The notes beneath the pieces are model-generated. The model ran no database searches and was not told the DNA's origin. It was given only the letters and a program-made list of their open reading frames with translations. Below, piece after piece: positions 57,809 through 64,000 of a stretch of DNA of 64,000 nt (position 1 is its first letter; each line of letters starts with the position of its first letter). Origin of the DNA: an uncultured virus (IMG/VR IMGVR_UViG_3300008255_000125). Taxonomy: Duplodnaviria > Heunggongvirae > Uroviricota > Caudoviricetes. The stretch lies in IMG/VR virus record IMGVR_UViG_3300008255_000125; one strand, 5' to 3'. Position numbers and translations under genes: made by a program.

Positions 57809-58393
57809 ATGAATAAATTTAAAACATCATCAATCGTAATAATAGCAACATTAGTAATAGTAATAATATCTACATTATCATGGGTTAAAAACTCATACAA
57901 TTCAATGATAGATATATCATCACAAGTAGATACAGCTTATGCCTCTATACAAACACAATACCAAAGACGTTTTGATTTAATTCCAAACCTAGCAGAAGCT
58001 ACAAAAGGATATATGAATCAAGAACAGAAAGTATTTGGAGATATAGCTGTAGCAAGAACACATTATGCAGGAACTTCAACAGGATCTGCAGAACAAATAG
58101 GAGCAATGGGAGAATATAACTCAGCTCTATCACGTTTAATGGTTATAATGGAAAATTATCCAGATCTAAAATCTAATGAAACTGTCAAGAACCTCATGGA
58201 TGAATTATCTGGAACTGAAAATAGAATAAATGTATCAAGAGAAAGATATAATGAAACAGCTAGAATATATAATGTATTAATCAAATCATTCCCTAAAAAT
58301 CTAATTGCTGGGAAATTTGGATTTACAAGTCGTGAATTATTCAAAGCAGATAACTCCGCACAAGAAGCAATTAAAATTAATCTAACAAATTAA
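57809..58393 (+). CDS. lemA: LemA family protein
   Basis: N-terminal TM, YQRRFDLIPNL, ENYPDLKSN, TENRI..R.RYN. Confidence 0.92.
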   Translation: MNKFKTSSIVIIATLVIVIISTLSWVKNSYNSMIDISSQVDTAYASIQTQYQRRFDLIPNLAEATKGYMNQEQKVFGDIAVARTHYAGTSTGSAEQIGAMGEYNSALSRLMVIMENYPDLKSNETVKNLMDELSGTENRINVSRERYNETARIYNVLIKSFPKNLIAGKFGFTSRELFKADNSAQEAIKINLTN

Positions 58394-58394
58394 T

Positions 58395-58952
58395 ATGAAA
58401 AAAATATTAAACATCGCAGGATGGATAGTATTAGCAATATTATTCATCTTTATTTTATCAGAAGCACTAAAAGCTATTGATAAAAATAAAATAGACCCCA
58501 AAACACTTACCACTGGTCCAGCTAACTCAGGAGTAATCATAGATCAAGAAATTCCTAATGTAATAGGGTACATAGATGATTCAGCTAATATACTAAGTAC
58601 AGAAACAAAGGTTTCACTTACTGCACTATTAACAGAATTTGCAAAAGGAGACAAAGGAGAAATAGCAATTCTTACAGTTCCTTCTATGAATGGATTAACA
58701 ATAGAAGAATTTGGAATTAGAGTAGGAGAAAAATGGAAAGTAGGAAAAGCTGGAATAGACAATGGAGTAATTATTATTATTGCTTTAAACGAACGTAAAG
58801 TTAGAATTGAAACAGGAAGAGGTGCAAATATCACAGACGCTCAAGCAGGTCAAATTCTTGATAATAAAATGGTTCCCAAACTCAAAAAAGGAGATTGGAA
58901 TGGAGCTGTTCAGGACGGAGTTCAAGAAATTATACTTTTAATGAATAGATAA
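58395..58952 (+). CDS. TPM domain protein
   Basis: N-terminal TM, D.ANILS, WKVGK.G.DNGV, RKVRIETG. Confidence 0.88.
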   Translation: MKKILNIAGWIVLAILFIFILSEALKAIDKNKIDPKTLTTGPANSGVIIDQEIPNVIGYIDDSANILSTETKVSLTALLTEFAKGDKGEIAILTVPSMNGLTIEEFGIRVGEKWKVGKAGIDNGVIIIIALNERKVRIETGRGANITDAQAGQILDNKMVPKLKKGDWNGAVQDGVQEIILLMNR

Positions 58953-59140
58953 TTTATGGATAAATGCCCAAAATGTAAAGAAAAACAAGAAAGCAAAATG
59001 GATAAAATTTATGTAAAGCTTTATGGAAATTGTTGGTCTTGTGATAGAGATCTATGGGAAAAGAAAAAACTTACCCTAGAAGAGTTTGAAAAACGTGAAC
59101 AAGAAGCATTAAAAAATACAATCTAATTTAAAAAATAACA

Positions 59141-59584
59141 ATGAATACATATAAAATTGGTCAAGAAGGAATTGATAAAAACTTAATAGAACTTGGAGAT
59201 AAAATCGAATTAACAAATCAAACACAAGAAGTTGTAAAATGTATTGAAAGTGGAGTAAAAATGTTAAACATCGATGCAGATCAACTTATGCCAGGAGATT
59301 TAAGTTTTATTAAAAAGCTTGGATTAACAATATCCAACCCAGAAACAGATAAACCTATAGCCTTAGGTGTTGAATATAAAACATTTGGAAGGAAACTTGC
59401 AGATTGGTTTGAAAGAGAATCAGATGAAGAAGATAATGATGATGATGATAGTTTCTTCTCACACACACCATCATCTGGAGGTTCAATCTTTGGAGGAAGT
59501 AGTGGATTTGGAGGCTTTGGAGGTGGATTCGGAGGCTTTGGAGGTGGATCATTTGGTGGAGGTGGAATGAGTAGAGGATTCTAA
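59141..59584 (+). CDS. protein with Gly-rich GGGSFGGGG..RGF tail
   Basis: C-terminus typical of TPM/YgcG-type proteins. Confidence 0.65.
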   Translation: MNTYKIGQEGIDKNLIELGDKIELTNQTQEVVKCIESGVKMLNIDADQLMPGDLSFIKKLGLTISNPETDKPIALGVEYKTFGRKLADWFERESDEEDNDDDDSFFSHTPSSGGSIFGGSSGFGGFGGGFGGFGGGSFGGGGMSRGF

Positions 59585-59587
59585 TCT

Positions 59588-59911
59588 ATGTCAAAATGTG
59601 TACCAGATAGATACTTAATTCCAAAAGAATTAAAAAAAACGACACGTTACACAGACGAGCAAAGAGCGAATGTAAAAATTCTTTATGAAAAAGGAAATAG
59701 CATTCGCTCAATATCTCGTGAAATACCAATGAGTAGAAGAATGGTTCAATTCATTCTATTCCCAGAACGTGCATTATTAGCTAAAAAGAACTTTGCAATA
59801 CGACAAAAAGATGGAAGATATAGATATGAAACAAAGAAACAAAGTAACTTAGTTCAACAAGTTCGAAGTCGAAAACGTCAAATGTTGGACAAATTAATAA
59901 AAAAAATATGA
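59588..59911 (+). CDS. HTH DNA-binding protein
   Basis: GNSIRSISREIPMSRRMVQFIL. Confidence 0.7.
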   Translation: MSKCVPDRYLIPKELKKTTRYTDEQRANVKILYEKGNSIRSISREIPMSRRMVQFILFPERALLAKKNFAIRQKDGRYRYETKKQSNLVQQVRSRKRQMLDKLIKKI

Positions 59912-60756
59912 AATATCTCATCGGCATAACAGCCTCAAAAAGTAAAACTCAAAACTTCATAAATGATGCATACATAACAGCATTCACAACAGAAGTTACA
60001 ACCCCAATAATAATTCCTAATATATTTCAATCAAAAAATGAAATAATAACAAAGGAAGATAAAAAGAAAATGTTAATCGATGTAATAAGATTAGCTGACA
60101 CCTTAGACGCATTAGTATTGTCAGGAGGAGCTGATATTAGTCCAGTATTTTATAATAATAAAATAGAAGATTCTTCTTCTTTTAATTATCATAGAGATTA
60201 CATGGAAACAGAATTGATTAAAGAATTCGTAAAAAGAAAAAAACCAATAATGGGAATTTGCAGAGGATTCCAATTATTAGGAATATCTTTCAAATTAAAT
60301 TACTTCCAACAAGATATATCAATTGCAGATGAACAGCATAATGGAAATTCAAGTGATATAAACCTAAGAACAGAACCAATGCACAGTGCATTTGTATTTG
60401 GAGATTTTAGAACTTACTGTGAAAAACAAGGAATGGAAGAAAATAAAATGATAACAAATTCTTGGCATGAACAAGGTTTCACATTAAAACCAGACGGAGG
60501 AAGAGTGAAAAATAAAGAAATAGAAGCTTACGTAACAGAAAGAGAAGAATTTTCCGATCTTCAAAAGGAAAGAATTAATACGTTTCCAAATATTGACATA
60601 ATAATGGCAACGAATTACGTAATAGAAGGATTTGAACATAAAACATACCCTATATTGGCATTCCAAAATCACCCTGAGGAATACACAAATAGCGTAGCTA
60701 TTAATTATTTCATAGAAAAATACTTAATAAAACCAGTCCTTAAAAAGGAGGAATAA
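59908..60756 (+). CDS. class I glutamine amidotransferase-like / gamma-glutamyl hydrolase (peptidase C26)
   Basis: LVLSGGADISP, RD..E, GICRGFQ nucleophile elbow, NSWH, QNHPE. Confidence 0.88.
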   Translation: MKYLIGITASKSKTQNFINDAYITAFTTEVTTPIIIPNIFQSKNEIITKEDKKKMLIDVIRLADTLDALVLSGGADISPVFYNNKIEDSSSFNYHRDYMETELIKEFVKRKKPIMGICRGFQLLGISFKLNYFQQDISIADEQHNGNSSDINLRTEPMHSAFVFGDFRTYCEKQGMEENKMITNSWHEQGFTLKPDGGRVKNKEIEAYVTEREEFSDLQKERINTFPNIDIIMATNYVIEGFEHKTYPILAFQNHPEEYTNSVAINYFIEKYLIKPVLKKEE

Positions 60757-60758
60757 TC

Positions 60759-61169
60759 ATGGGATTTGATTTAGAAGGCCAAAACGCCAAAAACGAAGAG
60801 GGTGAATACTTTAGAAATAATATTTGGTGGTGGAGAAATCTATGGAGATTTGTAACAATTCACTGCGACAAAATATTAACAGACAAAGAAAAAGATTACG
60901 GAAACTGGAACGAAGGAAAAAAGATAGTGAAACCAAAAGCTGAGAAAATTGTAAAAAGATTAAAAGAAACAATATCTAATGGGAAAGCATTAGAATTTGA
61001 AACAGCTGTAAAAAAAGCTCAAGAAAAAGCGAAAAGTAACAATAAAAAATTAAAAGGAGGAGTAACTGATAATGAATATGATTTCAGAGAAAATTACCCC
61101 TTCACGGTCGAAAACCTAAAAGCATTCATAAAATTCGTAGAAAATAGCGGCGGATTCAGAATCTTTTAA
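60759..61169 (+). CDS. conserved phage hypothetical protein
   Basis: YFRNNIWWWR...YPF..EN...F...SGGF.I. Confidence 0.7.
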   Translation: MGFDLEGQNAKNEEGEYFRNNIWWWRNLWRFVTIHCDKILTDKEKDYGNWNEGKKIVKPKAEKIVKRLKETISNGKALEFETAVKKAQEKAKSNNKKLKGGVTDNEYDFRENYPFTVENLKAFIKFVENSGGFRIF

Positions 61170-61192
61170 TTACAAATAATTAAAAAATTAAT

Positions 61193-61726
61193 ATGTGGAA
61201 ATGCCCAGAATGTAGACATGAAATAGATAGAGTACAATACAATGTAAGTACATCAGGATCTGAATATGGAACAGCTTCATTAGTCGAAAATAATCCAACA
61301 AACACCAGGGACAGAGCAGAAGATTTTGAGCAAGATGATTATGGTGACACAGAATGGAACGATACACCAGAATACACATGTCCAGAATGTGATAACAATA
61401 TAAACTTAGAAGATTTAATCTGGATAAACGAAGACGACGATGAAGATGAAGATGATGATAAACCAAAACCAGAACCAGAGCCAGAAGAAACATTGCATAA
61501 TATTATATTACCAGAAAATAATATAGTAAGAACAGATCTACCAAGACAAGCTGATGAATCAATTATTTGTAAAAATAAAAAATGTAAGCACATATTCGTA
61601 GTCGAAAAAGCAACTAGATATGGATATGGGTTAAGAGATGATGAAGAAACATTTGAATGTCCTAAATGTGCAACATCAAATACTCTTACAGAATACAAAG
61701 AATTATTATTAAAAGGCTATTTTTAA
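61193..61726 (+). CDS. acidic zinc-ribbon protein
   Basis: CPEC twice, CxxxxC, CPKC. Confidence 0.65.
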   Translation: MWKCPECRHEIDRVQYNVSTSGSEYGTASLVENNPTNTRDRAEDFEQDDYGDTEWNDTPEYTCPECDNNINLEDLIWINEDDDEDEDDDKPKPEPEPEETLHNIILPENNIVRTDLPRQADESIICKNKKCKHIFVVEKATRYGYGLRDDEETFECPKCATSNTLTEYKELLLKGYF

Positions 61727-61727
61727 T

Positions 61728-62768
61728 ATGGTAGATAAAAAACTAAAAATAGATTTAACTCCATTATGGAGTCAACCAACAGATAAATTCATATTAAGGT
61801 TCTTAGATATGAATGAAACACACAAAAGAAAACTAGCTCAACGAATAAAAGATGTAGCTAAACAAAGAACAATAAGAAAACAAACAGGCCCAACAGTCCA
61901 AACTCTATACGAAGCATTAGAAGAAATAAACCCAATAATATTCGGAGAATATAACCAAGAAAACACATACAGAACAGTTATGGGATACAAATCCTTTAAT
62001 ATGAATGTAGCAAGAACAATAGCAGGTTATTCATTCCATAATTTATGCCAAGCAGTTTATTTAACCACGTGCATAAAAAGAAGATTACGTAAAAAAGAAC
62101 TAATGGATATAGCTTATTTGACTTGTCAGGATTGGACAAAAGTAGGAAACTATATAGATCAAAATTACATAGAAGAAATAAATCAAACAAGGAATCTAAT
62201 GCCAGAAGAAGTAGGGATGGATGATGTTCAAAGAGCAAGACAAAATGCTGAAAACAATGGAGCTAATAGAATACCACAAGAAATATTAGATGAAGGATTA
62301 TCAGATGAAGCTCAAGAAATATTAAATGGGTTTGTTGATCACGGTCTTGTAACAGACGAAGAACTAAGAACAATGGGAACTCGAGCTGTACTAATGGATC
62401 CAAGAACAGATAGAAACGATAGAAACATCAGACTCTTAAATGAAAACCTAGAAGTTGTAGAAAGAGAAATAAGATCAATACAACAAAATGATAACCCATA
62501 CCAATATGGAAATACAGAATGGGGACAATATGAAGAAAACAGAAGACAAATGCTTCAGGAATTAGAAGCTGAGAGACTAAGAATGAGAGAAAGAATTAGG
62601 CTAGAAAGAGGTGTAAGAGTAACCCCAAATCAGTTACATGAGTACCAAGTAAACATACTAGAAGCAGAACCAGCTCCAACAGATTGGGCCTGGACAGCTG
62701 AGCCTATGGAAATGAGAGTAAGAGGAATAAACCCTGACTTTATGGTCGTAGATGAAGTCGAAGAATAA
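61728..62768 (+). CDS. hypothetical protein
   Basis: 346-aa ORF. Confidence 0.65.
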   Translation: MVDKKLKIDLTPLWSQPTDKFILRFLDMNETHKRKLAQRIKDVAKQRTIRKQTGPTVQTLYEALEEINPIIFGEYNQENTYRTVMGYKSFNMNVARTIAGYSFHNLCQAVYLTTCIKRRLRKKELMDIAYLTCQDWTKVGNYIDQNYIEEINQTRNLMPEEVGMDDVQRARQNAENNGANRIPQEILDEGLSDEAQEILNGFVDHGLVTDEELRTMGTRAVLMDPRTDRNDRNIRLLNENLEVVEREIRSIQQNDNPYQYGNTEWGQYEENRRQMLQELEAERLRMRERIRLERGVRVTPNQLHEYQVNILEAEPAPTDWAWTAEPMEMRVRGINPDFMVVDEVEE

Positions 62769-62789
62769 AAATAATTAATAAATAACAAT

Positions 62790-64000
62790 ATGCCAAATGT
62801 AAAAAAAGGATTTGCTTTTAAGGTAGGAGCAGATCCAGAATTCGTTTTAACAATGCAAGGTAGGAAAGTAGACGCTAAACAAACCATGCAAATAGCCTTA
62901 AGTAGAAAAGCAGGATTTAAGGCAGATAGAAATGATATGGGATTCGACGTAGAACCATATGGAAATATCGGTTGGGATGGATCATCATCTACAGCTGAAA
63001 TAAGACCTAAGGCATCCTATAAGCCACAAGATGTAGTAAACAACATAGGAGGAATGCTAAAAGGTTTTATAAAACACATTAAATTCTGTGATATGTCAAC
63101 AATATCAGAACATAGTTCTGTAGGAGGACATATCCACCTAGAAGTTCCAAAAGGTGAAAAATGGACAACAGAAAAAAAGAATACTCTCCACAGGAGAATG
63201 GCTTCTTTTTATCTACCATTATTAATCACAGAAAATAAAACTAATCTTAATTTAAGATTAAAGCAAAATTACGGAGCATTAAAAGACAGTAGAATTGAAC
63301 AGAAATTCAAATATGAAGATGGATCACCAGGATTCACATATGAATTTAGAGTCCCTTCAGCAGAGTGGTTAACAACACCTAAAATAGCTCAAGCAACAAT
63401 AGCTTATATGGGAGTTGTTTATCATGAAATAATGAAACATCCAAAGAATTTCACAAAATTCAATGATATTGTCTACAAAAGCGATAAACAAGGAGATGCA
63501 CTACAAACATTAGCAATAATGGAATTTGATGTATTAACACAAAGCATCCTAAATAAAGTAAAAAGATATATTAGAACATTCGAAATGTATCCATATTATA
63601 AAGATGAAATTGAATATCTATTTAACTCAAAACAGGTAGTTAAAGATAAGCAAAAAGCAGATTATAATATTGCCTTAGGGTGGAATTTGATAGGAAAAAC
63701 AATACCAAAGAAATCAGAAATCCTAGCTTCAAAGAAAAAAATACAAGGAATAGCAGCTCAAAAGGATTTCGACAACTTAAAATCTGTAATAAACATTCAC
63801 TATAATGCTGATACAAACGTAGCATTATTTGCAGATAGTTTAAAAGATAGAGTTGCCGCTTTCAATTGGAAACTTAAAAATAATTATTACCTATTCGGAA
63901 TGAGAAAAGGAATAGATACAATTATTGCAAAAAATCTTAAAAAAGAATTCTTAACAGGACAAAAGGTTATTAAAACAATCCTAGAAAAAGATTATATAGA
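62790..64000 (+). CDS. second COOH-NH2 ligase-like protein (runs off the window end)
   Basis: Manual translation MPNVKKGFAFKVGADPEF...GWDG...AEIRP...VGGHIHL...YEFR; missing from the ORF track because it is truncated. Confidence 0.8.
   Translation, partial: MPNVKKGFAFKVGADPEFVLTMQGRKVDAKQTMQIALSRKAGFKADRNDMGFDVEPYGNIGWDGSSSTAEIRPKASYKPQDVVNNIGGMLKGFIKHIKFCDMSTISEHSSVGGHIHLEVPKGEKWTTEKKNTLHRRMASFYLPLLITENKTNLNLRLKQNYGALKDSRIEQKFKYEDGSPGFTYEFRVPSAEWLTTPKIAQATIAYMGVVYHEIMKHPKNFTKFNDIVYKSDKQGDALQTLAIMEFDVLTQSILNKVKRYIRTFEMYPYYKDEIEYLFNSKQVVKDKQKADYNIALGWNLIGKTIPKKSEILASKKKIQGIAAQKDFDNLKSVINIHYNADTNVALFADSLKDRVAAFNWKLKNNYYLFGMRKGIDTIIAKNLKKEFLTGQKVIKTILEKDYI

Noticed and set aside
1..64000. Stop-codon reassignment (code 15, 4 or 25)
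   Set aside because: Long genes are intact and densely packed under code 11, and no suppressor anticodon (CTA/TCA) tRNA was seen.

Overview
This AT-rich window is part of a large tailed bacteriophage genome that uses the standard genetic code. It probably has a short tail and a phiEco32/SU10-like capsid. The host is inferred, not shown, and may be a CPR/Patescibacteria-type bacterium. From 1 to 39 kb (minus strand) lies the late module: tail and fibre genes (including a 2566-aa repeat adhesin), a glycosyltransferase and methyltransferase, capsid, scaffold, portal, terminase, lysis genes, HU and glutaredoxin. From 39.1 to 44.2 kb there is a tmRNA and 27 tRNA genes covering 19 amino acids (no Trp), with an HNH gene, a parS-like palindrome and unexplained structured spacers among them. 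From 45 to 64 kb (plus strand) lies an early/accessory region rich in long stem-enclosed non-coding elements, carrying genes for a DUF2828/TROVE(Ro60)-like vWA protein, RtcB, LemA/TPM, two COOH-NH2 ligases and a glutamine amidotransferase. The best candidate for a new system is a tandem array of five covarying stem-loop units (7-bp stem, invariant AACAGCA, variable cargo) directly upstream of the TROVE-like gene. One unit carries a circularly permuted tRNA mimic, suggesting a Y-RNA-like array serving a phage Ro60-like RNP. All calls were made by eye and no database searches were run.
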